Positions 11,948 to 25,358 of a stretch of 64,000 nucleotides of DNA are shown piece by piece (the stretch's first letter is position 1; each line of letters opens with the position of its first letter). The notes beneath the pieces are model-generated. The model was not told the DNA's origin. It was given only the letters and a program-made list of their open reading frames with translations, and did not search any database. Origin of the DNA: Tubulanus polymorphus (taxonomy: Eukaryota; Animalia; Nemertea); assembly GCF_964204645.1 (NCBI RefSeq), contig NC_134026.1, forward strand, positions 10,005,950 through 10,069,949, read 5' to 3'. The position numbers and the translations under genes are program-made.

Positions 11948-14900
11948 CTGTTTTTGTGGTAAATGGAGAATATGCTATTACCGGTCTATCCGTCCTTAAG
12001 TCATAAACACAATTAGCAGACTGTCGTTCTTTATCTCCGACCACTAACCATAATTGATCATTTGGGCATTCAGCGTAGACTGCACTAACAAAAAATCTTC
12101 GACGGATGTCGTTGTTCATGACACTGAAAGGTATCGTAAATCGTTTAGTTGAAATTGCGATACGGTATGCGAACAAAAGCAACACCAATTACATACTTAC
12201 TGTCCGTATATTGAAAAGTGATTCGTGACAGAATCTCGACGTAAGTCAGTCCACGACGAAGACAGCAGACGGCTTTTTGAAAACCAGTTTACTGTATCGG
12301 ATCCAGTGCCATCAAATTCTAGATACGCAGCTTGTCGATTTTCGGCATAAAGGCTGAGTTTCACCTTGGATTCGATAAAGAAAAATCAGTCATCAGTCTT
12401 TTTTAAAAGCCTTTGATTCGATGCCAGTTAAAAAGTTCAGAATTAGAAGAAAAGACAAACCATAGACCACGCATTTCATAACACAGGTCTACGCTACGAG
12501 TCCTACAGTTTTTATTGGATCACTCCTAAAATTTCCAACGGACGTTCTATGGGTCTAATAATGTAGTAAATATACTTAAAACAAAATCAAAACATAGACT
12601 TGCCCACTAGTAGGGCACCCGGCAAAGTTTCATCTTTATCTATCAGATGTAGGACTAGTAGAATTCAAATCATTATTGCGATTGCAAAGTAAAATTTGAC
12701 GACGGACGGACGGCCTGGTGGACGACGAGAATCCATGAACAATCAGTTCCGCTGATCTTCAGTCAAATTTCGACATGCATATATATCGGCTTAATCTTGT
12801 GTACCCACTTAGAAATACATCAATAGTTTGAGCAATTTCTGAATATTGTACCTCACCTGTTTGATACCTAACGAACTCCACTGTTTTACAATTGGACTTT
12901 TCCAAATACAGCAACATTTTGTTTTGACGCCTCCTGCGGGTGGATGCTCTGCAGATGGTGTACCCATCCAGCTGTCATATATATTTCCAGGGGATGAACA
13001 TTTTTTGCCAGAACTAGCTATGAACAGAAGAACCCAGGCACCTGTAATGAAGATATATCATGTGTGCCAGAATATATATATACCGTACGCGAATGATGTG
13101 ATTAGAACGGTTCAAGATCCCTTTTTGCGAATGTACGTAGGACAAATATACCAATTTGTAAAGAATGAAAACATAGCTAATAGCCCAGCTATCATTGCAC
13201 AAATCGTCCAGCTAGTTTCACTAGACAATTATCTTGGTTTGCACTGTTTACAATCGACTAATTTTATCTATTACAATTTGCATACCAAAAAATCAATTCA
13301 TTACGATACTTAATGCTACCGGCACTGTTTCTAAAAGTTCGTTTTATGATGCTACACACTAAGAAGTAGATTATCAAAAATGTGCACAGAATATGACTTA
13401 TACGTGACGGTTTTCCAAACTGTCCGCACCGTTAATTTCTATTGTCTTTAGGGTGAGTAGAAATGAGAAAATTCCGAGTTAATCTAATCTGTTTTATTTC
13501 CAAATTTCCACGCAGTTGGTTTTGAAACTCAAATTCGCTTAATCCGGATCGGCATATCCGGATTTTGTTCCCATCCGGAAAATATTTACAGTCCATTTGT
13601 TCAATGATATACAAAAGAATGCCAATCCGAATTTCCTGTAAACAGGGCGAATTTGTTGGTCCCAAATGATCTTAATTAAGCGGATTCTACTGTAATCACA
13701 GGTTCTTACAACATATTTTAGAGAAGTTAGTTCCTCATGATGAGTGTGAGATTTACGTAATTAAAGCTGGGCGCACACGAGGCGATTTTTAGTCGCCTAT
13801 AGAAAGATTTTAAATCGTCGGCAATTTCTATAAAATCGCCGTCCGTCGTCAGTGACCGCACATTGAACTACTTTTATCACCAAATTGCAGGCATCCTCCT
13901 TTACCAGGGCTTGATTTGCGCTCACGCTAAAGCCCAACGCACACGGTACCGAAAAAACGTTTTTTCCTCGTGAAAAAAAAAACGTTTTCGATGTTTTTTG
14001 CTATGCCGTGGGCGGGGGAGGCAAAACACAAAACGCCGAACTGAAAAACGTTTTTCGCGAGCAAAAAACTTTTTTTTGCGAGCAAAAAACGTTTTTCACG
14101 AGCAAAAAACGTTTTTCGCGAAACAAGTACTGCTTGATTTGCGAAAAACGTTTTGTGTAGTCGAAAACGTTTTTCGTCCCGTGTGCGTTGAACGTTTTAT
14201 CATTTGCGGGCAAAACGTTTTACGAAAAACGTTTTGTGAAAACGTGTTTTCTGTTTCGGCGAAACAGATGTTTTGCCGTGTGCGTTGGGCTTAACAGAAA
14301 CCCTTCATATGGTCTATTACATCGGCCATTTCTTGGCCGGAGAGCGTCCACCAGTCTATATTTCAGTCCACCAATCAGATGCGAGGTAATTATGTAACAA
14401 ACCTAGCTGCCGGAAAAAATCAATGCATCTGTTTGGCTAGATATATAGACTGGTGGGCATTAAGTGTTAACCTATCCAACCAAGAAATCTTGGGCTTTGT
14501 AACCATTCTTATAAAGGAATGCGGCCTGGCTGTTTTTGATTGGATTCGAAGCGATGCGTCGCTTATAGCCGCACACTAGGCGATTTGCTGCCGAACCTCG
14601 GCGATCTTGTCGCCGAATATCTAGCATGCTATACTGAGCGATCTTGTCGCCGGCGACGATTTGTCGGGTTTGCCGAGGATCGGCAGCAAATCGCCTAGTG
14701 TACGGCTAGTAGCGCCGCAACGCTTTGAATCCAATCAAAAACAGCCAATCAGCGCCAGTATAGAGATCATGTGCATTCACAAAATGGCGATCCCCCACAG
14801 CCGAAAATGAACTGCGGCCATTTTGTTATCACGTGGCACCACTTCACGACCTGTGATTCATCCTCGATTGTCAGGGTTAGATTTCCACTCGTCTGGGCTC

Positions 14901-15820
14901 ACGTCAACAAGAACCCTGGCCGCACACCCTTCATAATAATGGTTTAAAAGCCCAATATTTCTTGGGCGGACAGGTTAACACTCATTGCCCTCCAGTCTAT
15001 ATATCTAACCAAACAGATGCATTGATTTTTCCCGGCAGGTTTGTTCTATATAATTACCACGCATCTGATTGGTGGACTGAAATATAGACTGATGGACGCT
15101 GTCCGGCCAAGAAATGGGCAATGTAATATACTATAGATAATGAGGGTTTGCGGCCAGGGTTTGTGTTAGCGTGAGGTTCAGTGGACGGGAATCAAGCCCC
15201 GGCAAGCGAGGATGCCTGCGATTCGGTGATAAAAATCGTCTAATGTGCGGTCGCTGACGACGGACGGCGATTTTCATAAAAATCGCCGACGATTTAAATC
15301 TTTCTACTGGCGACTAAAAATCGCCTAGTGTGCGCCCGGCTTAACACAACACAATTCAGCAACCATAGCTTTTGTTTGATTTGAATGTGTTCCGAATAAG
15401 CTCCTATAGAGATCGGAAATTTGTTACCACATGGTTGCATGGTTGCCACAAAATCCGTCCTTGTTCAGAATTTCTGTATTTAGATACTGTGTACTTACTA
15501 CTCAAAAAAGGTCTGTCGACGAAAGCAGAAATTCTCGGTATAGTCTGATCGTGAAGTATCAGCATATCTGAATAATTTCCATAGGGTATTCCACAAGAAT
15601 TACTTTCGAAATTATAAGTCATATAATTACACTTCGGGTACTGCACTGAACACAAATTTGCGCATTGTAAAAGCGAACGTCTGTCTTTACTTTCCGTTAC
15701 GATATTCAAACCGGGAGAACGTTTAAGTTTAAATTCAGAATATTGGTTAGACTCGATTTTGTCGAAAAGAAAATGCAATACACCAATACCTGAAACGAAT
15801 AAATACTGTCCAACCTGCAT
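11948..15820 (-). CDS. Spliced gene: PAN/apple-like domain plus uncharacterised Trp/Cys-containing domain; exons ~15820-15499, 13041-12857, 12364-12201, 12123-11948 (3' end unresolved)
   Basis: GT-AG boundaries with matching phases (1,0,2). Exon peptides: SLLQCANLCSVQYPKCNYMTYNFESNSC; AWVLLFIASSG...IYDSW...WKSPIVKQW; VKLSLY...FDGTGSDTVNWFSKSRLLSSSWTDL...FSIYG; RRFFVSAVYAECPNDQLWLVVGD...PVIAYS. Confidence 0.75.
13931..14291. mobile_element. Harbinger-type MITE with GAAAAACGTTTTT repeats, nested in the left arm
   Basis: TAA|AGCCCAACGCACACGG...CCGTGTGCGTTGGGCT|TAA; the empty site CTCACGCTAACACAAACCCT is kept in the right arm (15157-15176). Confidence 0.9.
14566..14708. mobile_element. Small MITE-like inverted repeat at the core of the foldback element
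   Basis: TAGCCGCACACTAGGCGATTTGCTGCCGA...TCGGCAGCAAATCGCCTAGTGTACGGCTA; termini related to the outer TIR. Confidence 0.65.
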
Positions 15821-16319
15821 CGTTAATAGCGAGTTACGGCTTATTGTGGCGAGTTGAAAATTCTTCACAACCTAGGTGTCATCCAACGCTTGGTTGATTG
15901 ATGGACGTATGAATTGACGTGGACGAGTGATCGCACACGATGTTTTCGATGCGAATATTACTGTTTCGACTACTCTCCGTCGCGCGTATTTTCATCAGCT
16001 ACACTCATGATTGTTCGTTCTAAACATCGACGCATAAATTAGTTTTACGTAAATATTCTTATATATATAAGATTCAAGATTGATTCAAGATTCAAGATGG
16101 CGGATAGCTGGTAGTACGATGTAGATCTCTCCTACAAAAGTTATTTTCTGTGGTTCCTACACCACCCATACTCTTCTGGACTATAACGGACCAAAAGTCT
16201 ACACAAAAGTGAGTGAGCTCAGATAACTTTTGCTGAGCTACGCCTTCAGAAAACAAGTAGTTTGAATATTTTGAACATTTCAAAATCTAGTAAAGCTGGT
16301 ACGTAGTATATTTGACAAA

Positions 16320-19300
16320 ATTTGCTAACTAAACTTCTCGACCGTAACCGCGTGATCGTGAGAAAATCGTCACGCATGGAATACGTCAACAACAACATAA
16401 TCGATCGACATAATGGCGAACAACATGAACGTAACTCCCGACAATAGAGCTACCGACCCAAGGCCAGGGGATAAACGACGCCTTCTCCACCGAAGTCCCG
16501 AATTATGCGACGGTGGGTCACTTGACTACCTAGACATTGAAACAGGAAGTATAATCACCCGCCATGTAATTAACGATCCGTGTAAGAGCTGTCAAAAACT
16601 CGAATCCAAAATTGACCAAATGTTCCAAACTCTCTTAGACAAGATGAGCGTTCTCCCGGACCTACACAGCAAAATAAACGATATATCCAGTTCGAAAGCC
16701 AATCTCTCGGAAAGGGTGTTAAAGGTTGAAAATAAAAATCACGGCGACAAAAAACTCTGTGATCAATATCCGTGTCGAAAACGATATAATCCGTCGAGAT
16801 ATGCGAGAAAATACAGACACACTTCAATCCAACTTAAAAGAAAATCAAAAACTAACTTCCCGCTTAAATTCTCTCGAGAATTACAATAGACGAGAAAATC
16901 TCATCATTTACGGTGTACCGGAATCAACAGACGAAAATCAACCTGAAAACTGCGACGAAGTCGTAAGAAAAATCATTAAAGACTACGAACATAGGGATTA
17001 CGAATCCCGACGAGATTTGCCTACAACGCGTCCACCGTCAATCTCGAAAAACCAGTAAAGCGAGAGGAATTATTGCTCGGTTTCAAAACTACCAGGACCG
17101 AGAAAAGGTACGAAGAAATGCCTACAAGCTGAAAGGCTCTGGAATCTCAATCGGTGAAGATTACTGTCCCGAAACGAGAGCAACAATAAAACAACTAATC
17201 CCAATCAAAAGAAAGGCTACAACATCTGGACGTAAAGCCTACATAAATTGGGAAGGGAAGCTTTACATCGACGGTAAACTGTACAAAGGAAACGGCAGCG
17301 AATTCACCTGCGAAAAACCTACACCCCAGGCCCCCACTGCGGAAAATTTGCAAGAAAGAGTCCAAACCAACCCGACACCATGTTAGGATCCAAAAAGTGC
17401 GGTGATAAAAATATGCCACGTAAACATTCACGGCCTATTCAACAGAAATAACAATGTCAGAATTTGCAAACTTGAGCTACCCGACGTTCTCAACTTATTC
17501 AATAATAATGATATCGTGCTGATATTAGAAACATGGAATTCCGCGGAAAAAGCGTTCCAAACACCAGATGGATTCTCATATTTTCAACAGACAAGAAAGA
17601 AAAAATCGCGCGCGAAACGTAATTCCGGTGGTCTGCTGCTTTTTTACCGAAATGAACTGAAAACCGGGATAAAACTTTTAAAATCCGACAACGCGGACTA
17701 TCTCTGGATTAAACTTGATAAGACGGTTTCACGCCTGAACGAGGACACTTTTATATGTTTGGCCTATGTATCGCCCGTTCATATCAGCCGCGCACCAGGC
17801 GGATACAATGACTATATTAGAAACTGAAATTCTGGCGTACTCAATCGAAGGGAATGTACTTGTCCTCGGAGACTTCAATTCCAGAACGGCAAATAAATCG
17901 GGTCTCATTGTAGATTCACCAAGAACCTTAGTGTCTGATGTACCACAGTGTTGGTTACACTAGGATCGTAGAGCGACGGAGATCACTGGTGGAGACAACC
18001 ACTGCCAGTGCTGGGTGAAATTGTAGATGAAATTGGTAATGAAACAGATGTAAATGAAAATCTATTCAATAATAACAATTTGATATATTTAGAAAACAAT
18101 ATTAATCTTAGCATACAAAGAAGCTCGTGTGATGAAATTTGCAATAATTATGGGAACGATCTATTAGAATTATGTAAAAGTACCCAATCTTTCATTCTTA
18201 ACGGAAGAGCGTTTAATGATAAAGATTTGGGTAAATTCACATGTTTCCAACCGAATGGAAAGAGTACGGTGGACTATTGCTTAGTAAACTCAGATGCACT
18301 ACGCGCTATACGAGATTTTGAAATCTCCGATTTAAATCATTTCACAGATCATGCCACGGTTTTTGTTTCTATCGGTAAAAGCTTAGAACCACGGCACACT
18401 GACCACAGTTCTTTACATAGTAATCCAGAGTATAATGCCTTACCGGAGCGTATAACCTGGAACAAACTAACAGAGAACAGATTCTTAGAAACCGTCCAAA
18501 GCGATGATTGTATAAATCAACTAACCCACTGCATGGATAATTTAATCTATAAAGAATCTCCTAATGCAAATGACGTCAACGAAGCTACTGATAATATAAC
18601 CGATCTCTTATTGTCCTGGTATGACGGAAATACTCGCCATGTGGCGGGACCAATCAGACGCCGGGTAAGACGTCGTTGGTTTAATAGAAATTGCTCCATA
18701 GCCAGGAATAAATTCAGCAAAGCGAATCGCCTCTACCGCAACCAACCCAATCTAAACAATCTACGAGACTTACAAACCAAACGTAAGCGTTATAGAAAGA
18801 CAATATCTAAAGCAAAACTCCGCTACGAGAAAAAGATAGCTAAAAAACTTACAAATGCTTTATCTCAGAATGACACTAAGTCTTTTTGGAAGATTTGAAG
18901 AAGTCATTTGAAACTCGAAACGCAGAAAAAATGAGAATTGCCCAAACTTAGCTGAATTCGAAACTTTTTTTCGCGGAATAATTCAATCTGAATCAAACGA
19001 TGATATTGATCCTGATCTTTTGCTTAATGAAAATGATACGGAAGCTATTAATATGCCTCACGATCTAGACATCCCATTACTAGAGATGAAGTTATAAGAG
19101 CGATAAGAAATCTAAAAAAAGGCAAATCACCGGGTCTTGATAATATCCTACCAGAAATGCTTATAACTGCCTCTGAAACCCTAACACCTGTGCTGACCAT
19201 TTTTTTCAATGTCATCCTTCAATCAGGTATTTACCCACAAAATTGGAGCAGTGGCTGCATTACACCCATTCATAAGAAAGGGATGACTTCCGACCCAAAC

Positions 19301-21170
19301 AATTATAGAGGTATCACCGTCTTGAGCTGCTTCGGAAAAATATTTTCAATTATTCTGAATACACGCATTATACAATGGTTAGAGGCACACCAAGTATTAA
19401 ATAATGCACAGGCCGGTTTTAGGCCAAATAATGGTACTATAAATCAATCCTTTGTATTATCTTCAATCATCGACCACTGTATAACGAAGAAAATGAAAAA
19501 TGCGTGTATGGCATTCGTAGATTTTTCTAAGGCCTTCGATTATTTGAACCACGACATTCTCTGGAAAAAGATCCTGGAAGCTGGTATCACTGGCAAAGTT
19601 TATAACATAAATAAATCTATGTATGCTAACAGTGAATCATGTGTCAAAAACAATGGGTTCATATCTAGCTTTTTTGACTGCACCGTCGGCGTAAGGCAAG
19701 GCGACTGTATCTCGCCTCTACTTTTCAATATCTATATTAATGACATGGAAGAATTTTTTATAAACAATGGCCATCCAGGCATTGACTTTAATTTATTCAA
19801 ACTATATGTCTTGCTTTACGCCGATGATACCGTCATTCTAGCCCAATCGCCCGGAGAATTGCAGGGTGCACTTGAAATTCTGCATGATTATTGTAAAAAG
19901 ATGAAACTATCTGTGAATTCTGATAAGACAAAGACAATGAAAATTGGGTACCGTAGAAATAACCGTAACCCCCTTTTATGTTTTATAACAATGTCCTACT
20001 GGAAGAGGTGTCAACCTTTCAGTACCTTGGCATTACTACGTCAAATAACGGCAAAATGTCTGCTGCAATCAAGTCGCAGGCCGATCAAGGTACAAGAGCT
20101 TGCTTTGGACTCAAGAAGTATTTGCTAAACGCGAGACTCATTTCACCTAAAACGAAGCTTGATATCTTTGATTCATTAGTGAAATCAGTATTAACGTATG
20201 GTAGCCCAATCTGGGCATTTGAAAATGTTAGAAATATAGAATCCGTTCATGTCAAATTCTGTAAATACCTACTCAATGTGCGCGCCACGACACCGAATGT
20301 AATGGTCTACGGTGAACTAGGCTGTTTTCCTCTGTCTATAGATATACAAATCTCGGCAGCAAAGTTTTGGTTAAAAATTCTGCGGTCAGAGGAGAACACA
20401 CTTTTACGCCAAACTTACAATCTGCTTTATGGTGATATTCAGAACAGCCCGCGCACCTGTAACTGGGCCTCAAAAATGTGTGACTTCCTTAACGGCCTAG
20501 GTGTCGGCAATTATTGGCTAGCGCAAGAAGTTCAAAATGATCGGTTCTTTTTAAAACTCGTCGAACAAAGGTTGAAAGACCAGTAGATTCAGTCGTGGAG
20601 GGTGGCTTTAGAACGTAGCCCTAAGTGCAATCTTTATAGATATTTCAAAGGAAGTTTCGTATACGAACGATACCTTGACATTAATGACACAAAAATAGTT
20701 AACCTAATCTCTAAATTTAAATGCGGCAGTCACGATCTTAGGATTGAAACAGGTAGATGGACCAGGCCCTTAACGCCGAGAGAAAACCGCACTTGTACAA
20801 CTTGCTCCACTGACGAAATTGAGGACGAATATCACGTTCTCATGTCCTGCCCCTCATACAACTCGCTTCGAAGTAATCTCTTACCTCGTTATTTTAGAAC
20901 GCATCCTAGCATGGCAAAATTTATTCAACTTCTAACTACTAATTCAATCGGAAAACTTAAATCTGTTGGAAGATATTTGATTTCAATGTTCAGTAGACGG
21001 ATAATGCTTCGAGGCGACGAAACTGAGTAAATATAGCTACCCCATCAACTAAATATTTCTGTTTTTTCAAGATGTAATTTTGACTAAATTATTTTGTTAA
21101 GATTTGTAATTTTGATTATCTGTCATACAAGTGTAGTACACTCTTTGATTAAGAATAAACTACTATAATA
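16320..21170 (+). mobile_element. Near full-length, disrupted non-LTR retrotransposon (RTEX/Proto2-like architecture)
   Basis: ORF1 coiled coil and RRENLIIYGVPES; ORF2 APE (CHVNIHGL, ILETW, SGG, LGDFNSRT, STVDY, TDH), RT (PNNYRGIT, FVDFSKAFD, GVRQGDCISP, LYADD), C-terminal HDLRIETGRW..CTTC...EDEYH..CP.Y; AATAAA and (CTA/ATA) tail at ~21155-21170; several frameshifts and stops. Clade assignment is inferred. Confidence 0.92.
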
Positions 21171-21580
21171 GTTCTTTAGCCATCTTAAACATAAGCGATG
21201 GAATGCACAATAATTAGAGAATAGGAATTTCTTTCACTGAAACCGGTATTTATTATTACACAGTGTGTCAAATAGACATTTTCCAGTTTTGAAAAGTTCC
21301 TATATTTGTTCCTATTATTTGACGAGTTAAAATTAACAAGTAGTCAATAAAGTTTTTAAATTGTTAAAAATGATGTCATAATTTCGACAGTATCCACTTA
21401 TTCACATCAGGGGAAATAATGGCGCGAAGAATTCACATTTCAAATATGCATGCCGCCTGGACATCATATGAATTACTTCAGCCACCTCAACAATCGTCTT
21501 CTACATTTCAGTTGAAATCGAAAGTTTTTTTTTTCCGAATAAATCAATTATCACTGAAACCTATACAAATCTAAGAGTAG

Positions 21581-24233
21581 AACTAGGGGTCCAGGGACAC
21601 CATGCCCACTTGGGAAGGGTTTAAATGCTCAATATGAAGTCAATTTTTACGTTAAGTTGTTTGTTTTGTATAAAGTGTACTGGTTGTTGGTTGTTCTTTT
21701 GTTCGTTCTCTTGTCAGTATTCTGTGTAATTCGTGTTGTATTGTTGTTGTCTGGTATTGTTATCTTCCCGCCTCAAATTTTATTGGCATATCAGTTTCCT
21801 GGTTACTCCAGCATTTTGCGTTTTATTTTCGGCACTTGGTCGTTGAAGCTCTTCGGAATATCAGTGCTTGGTCAGTGTGCTATATCCAAATCTCACTCAG
21901 TCGTCATGTTGGTTTTGTGCAAATATATGTAAATTAATTATCATTCAGAATATTTCCTACCCTTATAATATTTGTTTTTTGAGAAACGTGTAATATTCGT
22001 CGTTTATTTGTCGTGTCGTAATTTCAAAGAAAATAAACGCATAAATGAGAAATTTCGACTTCGTTTGTCATATGGAACACTCAATATTCTAACAATTTCA
22101 ATATCCAACGCCCCTGTTGACCATATAATGAAACCCATGACCTTGAAAGTCAGAACAATCATAGAATATGTCAAGAGCTACACTTTGCTATTAATTGTGG
22201 TCAGAAAATATGCATAGGTACCAATATAATATGGAAATACTAAGATATTTGTCTATTCAGAGCACTCTGGTGACTATATACAAAACCCAATGACCTTGAA
22301 ACTCACAACAAGTATAGAATATATCAAGAGCTACAACTTTGCAATTGATTGTGGTAACAAAATATGCCTAGGTACCAATACAATATGGAAAAGCCAATTT
22401 ATTGTAACATCCAACGCCCCTGGTGACCATTTGCAATAAGCAATGGTATTGAAACTCACCACAATCATAGAACATGCATGGAGCTACAAGTTTGCAGTTG
22501 ATTGTGGTAACATGCATAGGTCCCAATAGAATAAGGAAATACTAAGCTATTCTTCTATTCAAAGCCCCTCTGGTGACCATGCACAAAACTCAATGACCTT
22601 GCAACTCACCACAATCATTATAACATGCCATGAGCTACAAGTTTGCAATTAATTGTGCTAACAAAATATGCCTTGGTACCAATATAATATGGAAAAACTA
22701 AGCTCTTGTACTGTCCGACGCCCCCTGATGACCGTGAAATAACCCATGGCCTTGAAACTCACGATAATCATAGAACATATCATGAGCTACAACTTTGCAA
22801 TTTATTGCGGTTACAAAATATGCCTCGGTACCAATATAATAAGGAAATACTAAGTTATTCTACTATTCAACGTCCCCTGGTGACCATTTACTAATGACCT
22901 TGATACCTTGCACAATCATAGAACATGCCATAAGCTACAAGTTTGCAATTGATTGTAGTTACAAAATATGCGTAGGTACCAATATAAGTTGACATGATTG
23001 TTTATTATTCAATGTTAATTCCACCTGGTGGCAAGAACGAAGAATTGGGTGATCCCAAATTCCATTCATAATTGAATGGATTTATCCCATGACCGTGCTA
23101 ATAATTATCGAATATCAAGGCTATAAGGTAATATACCTTAGATATATATGAAAGATCAAGATAATTGATTAAAGCGTCTTCAAAACTTCCCTGGAAAACC
23201 TCATTAAAGGACCAATGGTGGCTCGCCAAACCATAGTGAAAAGTAAAAAATTTGTCATGTATAGGCTTATAGTACGAAAAAATTCATTCCATTGAAAATT
23301 AAATAGGAAAAATATATCAAACAGGACTTAATTTTGGTCAGTGATGATTGAATTTTTAATGAGAATGCAATCTTCGAAAAATTGATTTTGGGAATTTTTG
23401 TCTCAACAAATCAATATTCATAATTCTAATACATTCATAGAATGACATATAAAACAACTAAAACTATGAGCGACCCGGCAAAGTGAGAGCCTGGGTTTCA
23501 TCGGAGGTTTTTCATTATCATACGACTCAATTAGGACAGATGCTATGACGTCATGATGGAGTTCAAACCGGGTCAACACAAATTACTTATAACTGGGATT
23601 TTGGGGCGTTTCGTCTTTGAAAGCCCATAACCGAACAAAGCATCGGATCTTGACGAGATAAAGTTCTTCCGACGCAAATACGTAGCATTGAATTTTCACA
23701 TGTGTTATTTTCGACAATTAAAGATGCTGCATAAAAAAGCGTGCTCAAATAAATCGAATTTTTGAAACTTTTTGGTTAATTTCTAAAACAATATGAAACC
23801 ACGGCTTTCATCTTTGCGCACCATAAAGAAAAACTAATTATGAAATATCTTTTTGCTAAATCCGTTCGACAATACGCGCCCATTAGTAGTGAAATTACAG
23901 GTTACTGAAATTGCGTTTGAGTGTGCTAAAATTAGCTTTGAACGTAGTGTATAAAGCATAAATGATTATCGATCGGCCAGACCGTTGACATAGGCTCACT
24001 AACGCGAGCCAAAAATGTGTAAAAGGTGCTGATTTCGGCGAACAATGGCTGCCGGTCGGCAATCTTGAATCTGACCGGGACAGTTTTTGGGCTGCAGATG
24101 TGTCTAGGGTAGATACACGTATAACTCAAATATACCTTGAAACTTAGCAAAATAACTTGATTTCATCCACGGAAGGGCGAACAGACGGACGACGGACGAT
24201 AAGTGAACGCAATAACCCTCTCGGGAGCTAAAA
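21581..24233 (+). mobile_element. Helentron/HINE-like non-autonomous element with an internal satellite array
   Basis: 5' AACTAGGGG start; 3' ACGG microsatellite, short hairpin, then GCTAAAA; internal tandem array. Confidence 0.5.
22090..22990. repeat. Tandem array of ~152-bp units, ~6 copies
   Basis: (G/A)AGCTAC recurs at ~22175, 22328, 22481, 22632, 22784 and 22932; GACCTTGAAACTCAC and GGTACCAATA recur with the same period. Confidence 0.9.
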
Positions 24234-24274
24234 TGAATTTATGATGCATATTACCTAGGTGACTGTGTGACTTA

Positions 24275-25268
24275 AGCCGGGCGTAGGTCGGCCTTGCGAC
24301 GCGACGCGATCGTCGCGTTGCCTCACAAGTGGCCGCGGAAGTCGCTGGCAGTCGCAAGGTAGCGTAAAGGCTGGCTTATGTCGACAAGCAACGCGACGCC
24401 TACCGACTCCTACCGACGCAACTGAGAGCAACCGCGATCGCAGCCCAGCTTATGTCGACTGCGCTCCGATTCGCAGCAACTGAGGCCGACTAGCGGGGTA
24501 TGAGATCCTCACAGTTGCTTCCCTGCTTATGTCGGTAGCGATTACTAGCAACTGCAACGGCTCAAATGGTCACGTGATAAGCATTTTGAGAATAAATTTG
24601 AATTATTAGGAAATATACTTCTATTAGAAAAGCTATTTCTTTAAGACTTTGATCTTTCTGATTCTGTTTTGAATACAACGTGCTAGCGACATCTATAAAG
24701 ATGGCCGCTCACACCATAATTCTACCAATTTCGTTTTTAGATCTTCGGTCCAGTCCTCTGCCGTGCTGAAGGTTTGGTTTACGTTTTGAACTACTTGAAT
24801 TTGAAAGTTTATGACTAATTACGAATGACGCTTTCTAGCGGTGATAATTTGTACTATGTATATGCGGTCTCTCATTGGCTGGAACCCCTGCGCTCAGTTC
24901 CGTCGCGTCGCAGATGAGCTTATGTCGGCTGCGATCGAAAGCAACTGCCCGCCTACCGTAGGCCGGAGTAGAACATGGGCAACTAGCTGGATACGGCTTG
25001 CGACGAGTCGGTAGGCGTCGGTAGGCGTCGCGTTGCCGTCGCAAGCCGACTTATGTCGAACCGATTGAGGAGCAACTGGCGGCCTCTCGTAGGCCGCTAG
25101 TTGCCACTAATCGGCAATAAACCCAGTTGCGTCGGTAGGCGTCGCGTTGCTTGTCGACATAAGCCAGCCTTAAGTCGATGAGTCGTTGCGACGCGGTCAC
25201 GCTGGCGGTCGCAGTGAGTCGCATCGCAGTGAGTCGCAAGCCGTCGCAAGGCCGACCTACGCCCGCCT
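24275..25268. mobile_element. Foldback PIF/Harbinger-type MITE
   Basis: TTA|AGCCGGGCGTAGGTCGGCCTTGCGAC...GTCGCAAGGCCGACCTACGCCCGCCT|TTA; GC-rich palindromic arms; partial copy at ~41290-41460. Confidence 0.85.
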
Positions 25269-25358
25269 TTATAATGATTGAAATCAAGACTGAATGTGTG
25301 AGATGTTGCAGTTCCCCAATTTTGACTAGTAATGTATATAGTAATGTACATGTCAAAA

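Larger units (their letters stand above)
13765..15341. mobile_element. Foldback PIF/Harbinger-type MITE with long inverted arms, in intron 1 of the PAN gene
   Basis: TAA|AGCTGGGCGCACAC...GTGTGCGCCCGGCT|TAA; arms are reverse complements for several hundred bp. Confidence 0.85.

Noticed and set aside
12846-13313. 155-aa + strand ORF
   Set aside because: Antisense to exon 13041-12857 of the PAN gene; no recognisable motif
13998-14397. K/F/N-rich ORFs here and at 26393-26695, 38776-39051, 40721-41399 and 51591-51906
   Set aside because: Products of low-complexity palindromic MITE repeats
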